NCBI GenBank assembly: GCA_030390025.1
Contig: CM059432.1
Location: 103,914,001 to 103,978,000, forward strand
Source: Squalus acanthias
Taxonomy: Eukaryota
Direction: 5' to 3'
DNA: 64,000 nucleotides
This document shows, in pieces, positions 25,404 to 37,748 of the stretch; within the stretch, counting starts at the first letter, position 1; the number at the start of each line of letters is the position of its first letter. A program made the translations under genes and the position numbers. Under the pieces are notes generated by a model. That model saw nothing but the letters and a program-made list of their open reading frames with translations. It ran no database searches and was not told where the DNA came from.

Positions 25404-26504
25404 TGGCCTCGATATTCGCCTCCCAATGGCGGGTGGGAATGGGTCAAGGGGCAGTTAAACTGTCAAATGTGCAAAACATGACCTCAACCCGCCACACACA
25501 CGCCACGCACACGCCACGCACACGCTAGTTGCTATTTTTACGGCGGCGGGTTTCATGGCATCCGAGTGTCCCTCCATGCAGAGGTGGGACACATCATTAA
25601 TATATTTAAATTAGTCTACCACAGTGCAATTGGGAGCCCGATTTAAAATTCACTGCTGCTGCGGGGGTTTCCCAGGGGTCGGGAAACCCGGACGTGAAAG
25701 GGAGGCGGGAGCTGCCAGCTCAAGAAGGTAAATGCCTTTCCCCACACTCCTTGTGGACCTGGAGGAGCAGGAGTGCACCCCCCAGCCCCTCAAGGAAGCC
25801 TTTGGCCTCCCCTCTGTCGATCGCCGACCTCCCCCACCAGCCCCAATGTCCAATCTTCCCCCCACCCCGATGTCCAACCTTCCCCCCCCGATGTCCGTCC
25901 TTCTCCACCACCCCCCCGATCCCTCCTCCGATGACCTATCTTCCCCCCGATGTTTGACATTCCCCCCGCGATATACGACCTCCCCCACACACGATGTCCA
26001 ATCCCCTCCCCCGCTGCGATATCTGAACCTGAAGAATGGCTCATTTTCTGGCTGTACCACTTATGTTCCTAAAGCTGGCAAGGAGAGAGAGGAGAAAGAG
26101 TTCCGGAGGCTCGAGGCCCAAGGAGTTAAGCGCCACAGGAAAAGACTGCACCCCAATCACAGGTACCTGCCCACAGAGTATACTGGCCATGAATGAGCTC
26201 TGAGGAGATGTCTGAGGAGCTGGCTGTGCACCGACTATGATTCACTGAGAGCGTGATCGGCCGACTGTGTGAATTTCTGCGAAATTACCTTAAGCCTCTG
26301 TCCATAAGCTGCAGAGCCAGTTCCAGTTATGTTTCAATTACGTTCGGTGATTGCGCTGATTCATGGGTGATTTTACGTTCGGGTTTATGTTAAATATTTT
26401 GCACAGAAACCGGAGCATAATTTCACCTCAACCAGACGGGTGCATCTTTGTCTGCATTTTGGGCACAATTTGCCGATTGTGCCCATGGAGGGAACTCCAG
26501 GCCC
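25404..26504 (+). mobile_element. Non-autonomous Harbinger derivative with a transposase N-terminal remnant
   Basis: GGCC-type termini; remnant SEELAVHRL*FTESVIGRLCEFL near 26210-26290; C-rich micro-repeats at 25840-26010. Confidence 0.55.
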
Positions 26505-26509
26505 AAGAA

Positions 26510-26895
26510 AGGTGTCAGCTCAGCTTAGCTGGCACCACTCTTACCCCTGAGTCAGATGATCATAGGCTCATAACCCACAGCAGGACTTGAGCATACAATT
26601 GAAATGAATACACCAGTGCAGTACTTAGAGAGAACAGTTTTGTTACAGGTGCCCTCCTTGGGATGAGAGTCAAGGCTTGTTTTGTGGTTCAGAGATTGTT
26701 GCTGAGCACTATTCTGACCAACATTTTTCTCTTAACCAACACCACAAATTAGCTGGTCATTCATCCAATGGCTATTTGTGGAATTTCACTGTGTGTAAAA
26801 TTGGCGGCTGAATTTGCCCGCAAGGGTAATTAATTGCATGTGCAATACCTTGGGCATTTCTAAGAGACATGATGAAGTGCAATTTAATGCAAGGG
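26510..26895 (+). mobile_element. Degenerate DeuSINE
   Basis: Colinear similarity to the copies at 6575 and 19137. Confidence 0.65.
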
Positions 26896-27673
26896 TTTCC
26901 CCCTTACTGGACAGAAGCCTTAAAGCTGTTTGAGTCTTTGCTATAGACAACAAAAATCAGCAGTACACCAGGTGAAAAGATCTTAGACTGACCTTGGCTC
27001 TGGGAGCTGATTCCTCCTGGTGGATGAAACAGTTGACAAAACAAACATGCCTAAAAGCGACTTCCAGTGAACATTTAAATATTTAAATACCGTCACTGTC
27101 TGCACAATGTTAAACAAAAAATATTTTTATATTTGGGTGTACTTAAACACTATTAGCATTGCACCAGTGCCAGTGCGAATAGCAATCATCAAATTTACAC
27201 CTAAGTTTAGCAGTGCATTTATTGAGTTGGGCAAACAGTTCTTCACATCGATTTATAAGTAAATATATTTCAGTTATTTGAAAAATAAGACAAACATTTA
27301 GCACCGTGACAGCACACTGTCACTTTTCTCCCCATGGAGAGTCTGCATCAGAAGCAAAATAAATCATTTGCTGCTTGTGCAATCATACAAATCACTCAAC
27401 CAACCATTATTAACACTAGGAATGACTCAACCAGTCATTAAAACCAGGAATACAGACAGGGAAATCCCTTCAGCTAGTTTGGGGGAAATGCGATTGAAGC
27501 TTGGCATTTGATTGGTCAGACACAGAGACTCCATTTGGTACTGGAAAATATATTTTCACAGTTAGTCACTGCTTGGCCAGAAAATCTTTTTTCTTAATTG
27601 CACTGGTTCAAACAAAAACTGAATTTCATGATAACTGGCTGTAAGAACAGATTTAAGGTTACTAAGAGATATA

Positions 27674-28566
27674 GGGAGAAAAATTCAGTTGGTTGCGCCT
27701 CCCGTTAGCGCCTTAAGAGGGCGCTAGTGGGGCGCAAAGCATCTAGCGCCCAGGCGCGGCGAAGTTTGCGCCGCTCGCAAAATTAACTAGACATTTTGTG
27801 GCGGCGCTAAACACTACCGCCACGATCTCCTGCGCCGGCAGATCGTGACGTCACTCGAGTGCGCAACGCCCCGGTATCGCCCCGGAGCGGATATTGAGTG
27901 GCGCCCCCTGCCTTACCGCCTGACGCTAGCAACGACAGGTTGAGGGGAGCGTTTTGCAGTCATGAAGGGAAAGGGGGAGCGCTATTTAAAGGTGACCGCT
28001 TCCTGCCTTTTATTGTTGGTGCCATTTTTGAACTACGCATTCTGAGAGAGAGAGGGAGAGACTTCTGGAGAGATTCAACGTTGTGTGAAGGAGTTTTGGG
28101 TACTGAGCAGCACTTTGCAGGTTCATTTTGATTTGCCATTCCTTGTATCGATTTAGCAGAGACTGTGGGGGCTGCACTCTGAGCTCTTTGCCTGGTACTC
28201 TCCATTGTTCTTTCCAGCAGATTTGATGTGCAAGTCTCTCCAGGCCGAGATTCAAGGCTGCAATGAGCAGGATGTGGATGGAAAGCAAGATTAACCATCC
28301 CCTTTTAGAACTGGCCCGTGCCATTGTGTGTGTGTTCCATTGCTGACTGACATTACATGAGCTTCGCCAGCGCTCTGAGGTAGCGCCTCGCTCCTCGGCC
28401 TTTGCGCCTTAAGACAGGTGTGAAGCGCCTGATATAGCGCTGCAATCACCTCCAGGGGCGATAAAAGTCAAGTTTGCAGTCGGTGGCGATAATTAGCGCC
28501 AGGCGCTAATCTTTGCGCCCGGCCGATAATTGCGCCCCAAATGGGGCGATACTGAATTTCTCCCCC
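27674..28566 (+). mobile_element. Harbinger MITE related to 12844-18883
   Basis: TIRs GGGAGAAAAATTCAG / GGGGGAGAAATTCAG; 3-bp TSD ATA/ATA; both arms align by eye to the ends of 12844-18883. Confidence 0.9.
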
Positions 28567-28678
28567 ATAATGTTATGCATAATCACTAACCCAACTGCAT
28601 GATATAAAAGTGATAAAGTTGTTGCTATGTGTTCACCAGTGAAGAGAAAAACTGTGTCTCACTGTCAGCTGTCAGCTG

Positions 28679-29389
28679 TGCCTGGATTTTGCGGTAGGGA
28701 TAATGGTGAGGCTATCAGCGCTCACCGTTATTATGGAGTAAATCGGATGGCAACTTCCGGCATCCACACATGCGCAGTTAAATGCGGAAATCAGGAAGTT
28801 GCTGTCCGAGTTGTCCTGCTCCTCCACAAGCTTTGCTACTCCGGTACCTCACCGAGAGATTCGGCATTCAAATACTAATCCATTGGTTACCCACTAAGCA
28901 TGCCAGATAAAGTTAGGTTTTGTCCCTTCAAGTGTGAATTTTTAACAGCGTGATAAGTCTTGATTATTACCAAACAACCTCTCTGGCACTGAAAATCAAC
29001 TTTAACAAGTGTGGAGTTTCATTCCTTCAGATTTTAATTATTGTTGGAGATTTTTAAAAATTAAAATAATTTTTTTAACTATTTCTTTCTGACTCTTAAT
29101 CTCATCTTTCTTTCCCTCTCTTTATTTTGTTTTCTGTACATGATTTTACATTGAATTAAATATTCTAACTTACACTTCTTGGTTTAGACTTTGCAAGGCT
29201 CGGTAAGGATTCTTCAATCTCATTGGTTAAAGAGACACACAAAGGTTCCAGATCCCCTGTAGAGGGTGCCGCACTGAAATGGATCTCTAGTAACCATAAG
29301 TTGCCACACAAACGCCCACAAAAAGTCTGTGGGTATGTTTAACGAACGGCGAGTGCTGTTCGTTTGCCGCTGAATGCAAAATCCGGGCC
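28679..29389 (+). mobile_element. Harbinger-type MITE (family A)
   Basis: TIRs TGCCTGGATTTTGC / GGCCCGGATTTTGC. Confidence 0.75.
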
Positions 29390-31232
29390 AGTATTTATTA
29401 GAACATAAGAATGTAAGAAATAGGAGCAGGAATAGGCCATTCGGCCCCTCAAGCCTAGTCTGCCATTCAATAAGATCATAACTGATCTTCTACTTCAACT
29501 CCTCATCTCAGTCCTAAATGGCCGACCCCTTATTCTGAGACTGTGGTTCTAGACTCCCCAGCCAGGGGAAACATCCTCCCTGCATCTACCCTGTCAAACC
29601 CTGTAAGAATTTTGTATGTTTCAATGAGATTACCTCTCATTCTTCTAAACTCTAGAGAATATAGGCCTAGTCTACTCAATCTCTCCTCATAGGACAATCC
29701 ACCCATCCCAGGAATCAGTCTGGTGAACCTTCATTGCACTCCCTCTATGGCAAGTATATCCTTCCTTAGGTAAGGAGACCAAAACTGTACACAATACTCC
29801 AGGTGTGGTCTCACCAGGGCCCTATATAATTGCAGTAAGACGTCTTTACTCTTATACTCAAATCTCTTGTAATAAAGGCCAACATATCATTTGCTTTCCT
29901 AATTGCTTGCTGTATCTGCATGTTAACTTCCACTGATTCATGTACAAGGAAACCCAGGTCCCTCAGAACACCAACATTTCCCAATTTCTCACCATTTAAA
30001 ATATACACTGCTTTTCTAATTTTCCTACCAAAGTGGATAACTTCACATTTCTCCACATTATATTCCATTTGCCATGTTCTTGCCCACTCACTTCGCCTGT
30101 CCATATCCCCTTGAAGCCTCTTTGCATCTTCCTCACAACTTACATTCCCGCCTAGCTTTGTATCATCAGCAAATTTATATATATTACATTTGGTCCCCTC
30201 ATCCAAATCATTGATATAGATTGTGAATAGCTGAGGCCCAAGCACTGATACTTGCGGTTCCCCACTAGCTACAGCCTGCCAACCCGAAAATGGCCCGTTT
30301 ATTCCTACTCTCTGTTTTCTGTCCATTAACCAATCCTCAATCCATGCTAGTATATTGCCCCCAATCCCATGAGCCCTAATTTTGTTCAATAACCTCTTGT
30401 GTGGCATCTTATCAAATTCCTTCTGAAATCCAAATACACCACATCCACTAGTTCCCCCTTATCTATTCTGCTAGTTACAACCTCAAAAAACTCCAACAGA
30501 TTTGTCAAACATGATTTCCCTTTCATAAATCCGTGTTGACTCCTATTATTATTTTCTAAGTGCCCTGTTACTTAATAATAGATTCTAGCATTTTCCCTAC
30601 TACTGATGTCAGGCTAACTGGTCTGTAGTTCCCCATTTTCTCTCTCCCTCCTTTCTTAAATAGCGAGGTTACGTTTGCTACCTTCCAATCCGCGGGAACC
30701 GTTCTAGAAATATGGAATTTTGGAAGATGACAACCAATGCATCCGCTATCTCTATAGCCACCTCTTTTAAAATCCTAGGATGTAGGCCATCAGGTCTAGG
30801 GGATTTATCGGCTTTCAGGCCCATTAATTTCTTCAGGACTATTTTTTTTACCAATACTAATTTCTTTCAGTTCCTCATTCTCGCTAGACCCTTGGTTCTC
30901 CACTATTTCCAGGAAGTTTTTTTGCATCTTCTTCCGTGAAGACAGACACAAAGGGCTGGATTTTGCCATTGTGGGCGGACTGGGGCGTGCCAGGTGGCAT
31001 TCGTGTCAGGATCCCGACTCCGAAGTGAAGTGGGGAAAAAGTCTGATTTTCCCCTAATTGGGCAATTGATTTCCAGCGTGTGGGAACCCCTGGCCCAATG
31101 AGTCTTTTCATCCAGAAAGTCGCCTCCGATGACGTCATCAGTGCTGCTGGCTTTAAGGCCTGCAAGCAGCCTTGCTTCTTCTGGAGACTGCAAACTTTAT
31201 GACCATTGTAGTAAGCACTTCATTGATCGACT

Positions 31233-33730
31233 ATGTCCACCAGTAGGCCAAAGTGTGCTCCACGCTTCGATGAGCCCTCCCTCCAAGCTCTGCTGGAGGG
31301 AGCAAGATCCAATAAGGAGGTGCTCTTCCCTTCCTCAAGGAGCAAAAAGCCACCCAGCAGACTAAAGCTGTGTGGCTGCAAGTCGCCCAGGAGGTCAACT
31401 CCATCTCGATGAGCCACAGAACCTGGCTGCAATGCAGGAAGAGCTTTCGTGACCTTCTCCGCACAGGAAAAGTGAGTATGACTTTCCCATCACCCTCAGT
31501 CTGATCCCCATTGCCTCTCCTCACCAGCACTCTGCTTTGCCAACCTCTTCCTCCACATCCCACTTGACACTTACATCCCTGCACCCTTACCCATTCCCTC
31601 TCTCTCTATGGCCACATTCACTTAACTATTCGATCCTGAGGAAGGATGTTCTTGCCATGGAGGGAGTGCAGCGAAGATTCACCAGGCTGATACCTGGGAT
31701 GGCAGGAATGACGTATGAGGAGAGATTGGGTCGATTGGGCTTATACTCACTGGAGTTTAGAAGAATGAGAGGTGATCTCATTGAAACTTATAAAATTCTA
31801 ACAGGACTAGACAGACTAGATGCAGGAAGGATGTTCCCGATGGCCAGGGTGTCCAGAACCAGGGGTCACAGTCTAAGGATAAGGGGTAAGCCATTTAGGA
31901 CTGAGATGAGGAGGAATTTCTTCACCCAGAGAGTGGTGAACCTGTGGAATTCTCTACCACAGAAGGCAGTAGAGGCCAATTCATTAAATATATTCAAGAA
32001 GGAGTTAGATATATTTCTTAAAGCTAAAGGGATCAAGGGATATGGGGAGAAGGCAGGGACAGGGTACTGAATTTGGATGATCAGCCATGATCTCATTGAA
32101 TGGCAGAGCAGGCTCGAGGGGCTGAATGGCCTGCTCCTGCTCCTATCTTCTACGTTTCTATCATGCAGCCCTCACACTCCCTATCACTGTGATGCAATGA
32201 CAACAACTTACAACACACAGGGAGGGTCCTTTGTCTCCTTCTAAGCATCTATGCTATGGATTCTCTACACTCACTCCTTCATTCTCACTCAAACTCCACT
32301 TGTGTCGCTCATTGCAGGAAAAGAGAGCCAACTATAAGAGGGAAAGAGCCATGACAGGAGGAGGGCCACCCTCAGTAGCCCAGCTCACCGCCTGGGAGGA
32401 GGCGGCCCTGGAAATCGCAGGAATCAAGGACGGTTCCCAAGTGGGGGACGGACAGACGGGCGCAACACAGCAAGCTGGTGACAGAATAGTTTGGCATCTC
32501 TCTCATTGACATTGCATGAGTCACTGATAATGATTCTGATGCTCTAACAGATTGACTTATGATCATCTGCACTATTCAATGTGCATGTAACCTTGACCTC
32601 ACATCTCTAACTCTTTCCTTTACTCCCCCACAGGACCATCGAAAGCCCCCATCCCCACTGTCCAGGAGGAACAGCCTGAGCCTCCACACTCCTCAGAGGA
32701 AGCTGCAACCTCTGAGGGCGCAGCGTCAGCAGAATTCAGCGCACCCAGCACCAGCGCAGACACTCATACATCGGTGGGACCTTCGCGAGATAGAGTAGTG
32801 TTGTCACCTGATGTATCACAGCTCACAAGTGAGCATCAGCAGATGGTGGAGACAGGGACAGCAGTGGCGAGTCCTCGTCGGAGGGCGCAGGACTCTGCCA
32901 GCTCGAGTCAGCTGCATGTCGATCCTGTGCCTCCGGGTCCATCCAGAAGGAGAGCAGTGCTGGAACTCCAGGAACAGGTGTAGGAGTCTCTGGCAGGTTT
33001 TGTCTCCAGGGTCGCTGCGAGTGTAGAGCGAATGGAGGAGTCCATCGCTAACATGAGCAGAGCCTTTGTGGAGGCATTGGCACATGAACGCATCACCGCG
33101 GAAAGGATGGCAACCTCCGTGGAAAGGATGGCTACCCCCGTGGTAAGGCTGGCTACCGTAGAGGAGAGGATGGCTTCAGTAGAGGAGAGGATGGCTATGG
33201 CCATGGAGGAGCTTAGTCGCCAGGGTCTTGAAAACATGGTCATTGTTCAGAATAGAATGACATCTCTTGAGGAGCGATGGTCAGCTATTGAGCATACAAA
33301 CCAGACCTTCATGGAAGCCCTCTGGAGTAGGACTTCCAGTGAAGAAACGGGTCCTCATGGCCCCCCTGCAGTGCAGCAAGGTGCTGTCAAGCCACTTGCT
33401 AGCTCTGAAGTGGGGCTGACCCATGAAAGGGATGTTGGTGGCAGGCAACAAGGAAGTGGGGGCTCCTCTCCAAGCGCTCACACGACCATGCCACTGCAAA
33501 GCCCTCGGTCAGAGCCCCACCCAACTGAGATAGGCATCTCAGCCCCTGCACAGCCGCAGGAGCAGCAGACTGATGCCGAGCCCTCACAGGTTCGCAACCC
33601 CAGAGGACGCCCGCCAAAGGTGTCGAGACAGGAGCAGCAAGAAAGTGAGCAAGGGGCCACCACATCTGCTGAAGCCACAGGGGAAGCACCACGCAGGAGC
33701 ATGCGTAAGAGGAAGATAAAGCACAATTAG
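31233..33730 (+). pseudogene. Harbinger Myb/SANT-like gene, 3 exons (31233-31471, 32318-32477, 32634-33730)
   Basis: APRFDEPSLQALL...WLQVAQEV...QCRKSFRDL; exon 2 KRERAMTGGG; one frameshift in exon 1 and one TAG at 32981. Confidence 0.88.
31636..32160 (+). mobile_element. CR1 3' fragment in Myb intron 1
   Basis: [18 protein letters not shown]...GYGEKAGTGY* plus tail; absent from the paralogous intron at about 55535. Confidence 0.95.
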
Positions 33731-35969
33731 TCACAAGGGTAGTCACTTGGGTGTTGTGATGTGTTGTTTTTTGACCAGCCATCCTGGTCATGGTATCATA
33801 AACAGATTTGATGGCAAACTGTTGAAGTTGTGGCCTGTGTCATTTCGCAAATGGGACTTCCACATTGAGGGCTTAGGGTGACTTGCAATTGTCAGTATGG
33901 TGGTCAGAGTAATAGGAATCCGTAGGTTCTTGTCCATTGTCGATGGTCTGGTAAGAAGGTGCGAGACAAAAGTGTCTGATTGTGCAGGCTAAGCAAATCT
34001 GGCCAACATGAGTGCGTCCCTTGCATCCCGGCCAGCAATGTGGTCGCGCGCTGGTGCCTTCTGGCCTGTGCAGCTTCAGGTGGGTGAGCAGCAGCTTGGC
34101 ACTCCTGTTGTTGCTGCTGCTGTTGGTGCTGCTGTTGCTCATGGGGCTGCTGCTGCCGCAGCTGGTCTTCATCCAAATCTGATGTCCAGGAGGAAAGGAA
34201 ATAAATGTTCGCCATGCTTCTGGTATATGCCTCAGTTGAGGAAGCGCTCAGTCAAGGTGGGCAGAGGGGTTTCCCAACAGGTCATACTGGAGATGGGTGT
34301 CAGGCTCCAAACTTCCACAACAATGAGTAGGCCTGCTAAAAACTCCCCAGACCTGAGACAACAAAGTTCTGCCACCTGCAAGTGATCATTGGTGAAAACT
34401 CCTTTTTAATAGTGGAGCTGCAGCTGTTAGTAAGCAATCCAATTGTGAGGCCGCCAGGATTAACTGGCGTGTTCCAGAGGAGGCGTGTCGGATGGGGGAA
34501 ATGTCTAAAAATCAGAAAGGCCTCTCAAAATGGGATTATAGAGGCAATTATGTGGTCGTTATGGACCTTAAAGGCCTATCCCGCCTCTTGGAGGCGGGAT
34601 GGAAACATGGTCTGAAAATACGAATGTGGGAAAATTGCTCGGAGGCGGGCTGGAGGCGGGATCGGGCCCGGCCGCCATTTTTTGCGATTTTGATAACTCA
34701 CATGCCTCCAAACCCGCCTCCTTGGGCCTGGTAAAATCGAGCCCAAAGTATTTGTATAATTTCTCTGTCATTTCCTTATTGCCCATTACAATTTCTCCTG
34801 TCTCAGCCTGTAAGGGACCCACGTTTACTTTCGCTAATCTTTTCCTTTTTACATACCAATAGAAGCTTTTACAGTCTGTTTTTATGTCTCTCGCCAGCTT
34901 ACTCTTATATTTTATTTTCCCTTTCTTTAGCAATTTCTTGGTCTTCCTTTGCTGAATTCTAAAATCCTCCCAATCCTCAGGTTTACTACTCTTTTTGGCA
35001 ACATTATAAGCCTCTTCCTTTGATCTAATACTATCTTTAACTTCTCTTGTTAGCCACGGTTGGACCACATTTCCTGTGGGGTTTTTGTGCCTTAAAGGAA
35101 TGTATATTTGTTGTAAATGATGTATTCATTCTTTAAATGCTAGCCATTGCTTGTCCACTGACATACCTATAATGTAGTTTCCCAATCTACCTTAGCCAAC
35201 TCGCCCCTCATACCTACATAGTTTGCTTTGTTTAGATTTAAGACCCTAGTTTCGGATTTAACTAAATCACTTTCAAACTCAATATAAAATTCTAGGAAAC
35301 TATCTTGTATACATTCCATGAATTCGTCCTCCACACTATTACTGCAAATTTGGTTTTTCCAGTCTATATGGAGATTAAAGTCCCCCATGATTACTGTATT
35401 ACCCTTGTTACATGCGCCTCTAATTTCCTGATTTATACTCTGCCCTACATTACAACTCCCACCAATTTTTTCTGCCCCTTGCTGTTTCTTAGCTCTACCC
35501 AAACTGATTCTACTTCTTGCTTTTCGGAGCTAAGATTTGTCTCTACTGTCTTTATCCCATCCTTTATTATCAGGGCTACCCTTCCTCCTTTTCCATTTTG
35601 CCTATCTCTTCTAAAAGTTAAGTATCCTAGAATATTTAGTTCCCAATCTTGGTCACTTTGCAACCACATCTCTGTAATGACTATTAGATCAAACCTGTTC
35701 ATTTCTATCTGCGCTATTAATTCATCCATTTTGTTGCGAATGCTTCACACATTCAGATATAGTGCCTTTAGCTTTGACTTTTTTCTATTTTTCCTTGATG
35801 TCACCCTAGTCACTGATGCCTTATTACCTTTGTTACTTTTTCTGTCCTTTCCTGACCCACTCTGCTTATTTTTACCCAAAGCTCTACTCTGCTATAGAGC
35901 CTTGACATTTCTCTTGCTGCTTTTAAATTTATTCTTTCCTGAATCCTCCCAACCCCCCCTCCCCCTTCA

Positions 35970-36927
35970 TTAGTTTACAGCCCTGTCTACTGCCCTAGTT
36001 ATTCAATTCGCCAGAACACTGGTCCCAGCCCAGTTTAAGTGGAGCCCATCCCATCGGAACAGCTCCCTCTTTTCCCAGTACTGGTGCCAGTGCCCCATGA
36101 ACTGAAACCCCTTCCTCCTACACCACTCTTTGAGCCATGTATTTAAACCCATAATCTGTTTGTCCCTATGCCAATTTGCACGTGGCTCAGGTAACAATCC
36201 AGAGGTTATTACCTTTGAGGTTCTGCATTTTAATTTGGATCCTAGCTCCTCAAACTCCCTCAGCAGAACCTCATTCTTAGTTCTACCTATATCAGTGCTT
36301 CCTACGTGGCCACGACAACTGGATCCTCCCCCTCCCACTCCAAGTTCTTCTCCAGCCACGAGGAAATATCCTTAACCCTGGCACCGGGCAGGCAATACAG
36401 CCTTCAGTACTCCCCTGTCACAGTGCAGAGAACAGTATCTATCCCCGTGACTATACTGTCGCCTATCACTACCACATTCCTTTTACTCCCCCCACTTGAA
36501 TGGCCTCCTGTACCTTGGTGCTGTGGTCAGTTTGCCCATCCTCCCTGCAGTCCTTGTTCTCATCCATACAGGCAGCAAGTACCTCATACCTGTTAGACAA
36601 GGTCAAGGGCTGAGGCTCCTCCATCACTATATCCTGGGTTCCCCATACCTTCCTGACTCACAGTCACACCCTCCTGTCCCTGATCATTGATTAACTCTAA
36701 AGTACTGCTTAACCTAAGGGGTGTGACTGCCTCCTGGAACAAAGTGTCCAGTAACTCTCCCCCTCCCTGATGTACCGCAATGTCTGCAGCTCGGATTCCA
36801 GTTCAACAACTCTGAGCCGAAGTTCCTCGAGCTGCAGGCACTTACCACAGATGAGGTTGTTTGGGATCTCATTGGTCTCCACCAACTCCCACAAGCTGCA
36901 GTTACGACACACCACCTGCACTGCCAT
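35970..36927 (-). pseudogene. CR1 ORF1 (zinc finger/coiled coil plus SGNH-type esterase)
   Basis: MAVQVVCRNC...CGKC...LEELRLRVVELE; HVGSTDIG...DGLHLN; frameshifts and stops present. Confidence 0.88.
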
Positions 36928-37194
36928 CTCTATCTAACCTTATTTTATTTTTATAATTAGTTACAGTATTTATTCAAATGCTTATTTTTACTTTTCATTT
37001 TTAGTTTTAATTAGTTAATTTAGTTTAAGTTATTAATTCAATAAAGTTATAGTAGTTAATACTTTCCCAGTTCTGAATTTAATCCACTTACCTCACCTAG
37101 AAAGCAAAAGAGCTGTAATACTCACCAACCAATCACCTACCTGCTGTCCTGTGACATCACTCCTTGTTTATTTGTTGTTTTAAGTCGCCGCTCA

Positions 37195-37690
37195 GCTCCC
37201 TTTAAGCCGCCGCCTCTGCTGCCACCGCTCCCGCTCAAGTCCGCGCTGTGTTCTGGGCCTCCTCCGGTGCTCCCTTTAAGCTGCCACCGCTCCCGCTCAA
37301 GTCCGCGCTGTGTTCTGGGCCTCCTCCGGTGCTCCCTTTAAGCTGCCACCACTCCCGCTCAAGTCCGCGCTGTGTTCTGGGCCTCCTCCGGTGCTCCCTT
37401 TAAGCTGCCACCACTCCCGCTCAAGTCCGCGCTGTGTTCTGGGCCTCCTCCGGTGCTCCCTTTAAGCTGCCACCACTCCCGCTCAAGTCCGCGCTGTGTT
37501 CTGGGCCTCCTCCGGTGCTCCATTTAAGCTGCCACCACTCCCGCTCAAGTCCGCGCTGTGTTCTGGGCCTTCTCCGGTGCTCCCTTTAAGCTGCCACCAC
37601 TCCCGCTCAGGTCCGCGCTGTGTTCTGGGCCTTCTCGGGTGCTCCCTTTAAGCCGCCACCGCCTCCTCCACTGTCGCCACTCCCGCTCAG
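37195..37690. repeat. 62-bp GC-rich tandem repeat (about 7.5 copies) at the CR1 5' end
   Basis: ccgctcaagt recurs at 37231, 37293 and 37355. Confidence 0.95.
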
Positions 37691-37748
37691 GTCTCAGTAA
37701 GATGGTGAGGATGCAGACCAGGGAACTCCCATTTGAACCTGGTCTGTT

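Larger units (their letters stand above)
30953..34744 (+). mobile_element. Harbinger element with the transposase core deleted
   Basis: 16-bp TIRs GGGCTGGATTTTGCCA / GGGCTCGATTTTACCA; AAA TSD (30950-30952 and 34745-34747); the host CR1 is continuous across it. Confidence 0.95.
29399..37690 (-). mobile_element. Near full-length decayed CR1 LINE, split by a Harbinger insertion at 30953-34744
   Basis: In order on the minus strand: 5'UTR repeats, ORF1, APE endonuclease fragments, RT fragments and the CR1 tail at 29399. Confidence 0.93.

Noticed and set aside
25650..26196. Pro-rich and Gly-rich ORFs
   Set aside because: They arise from C-rich micro-repeats inside a non-autonomous transposon.
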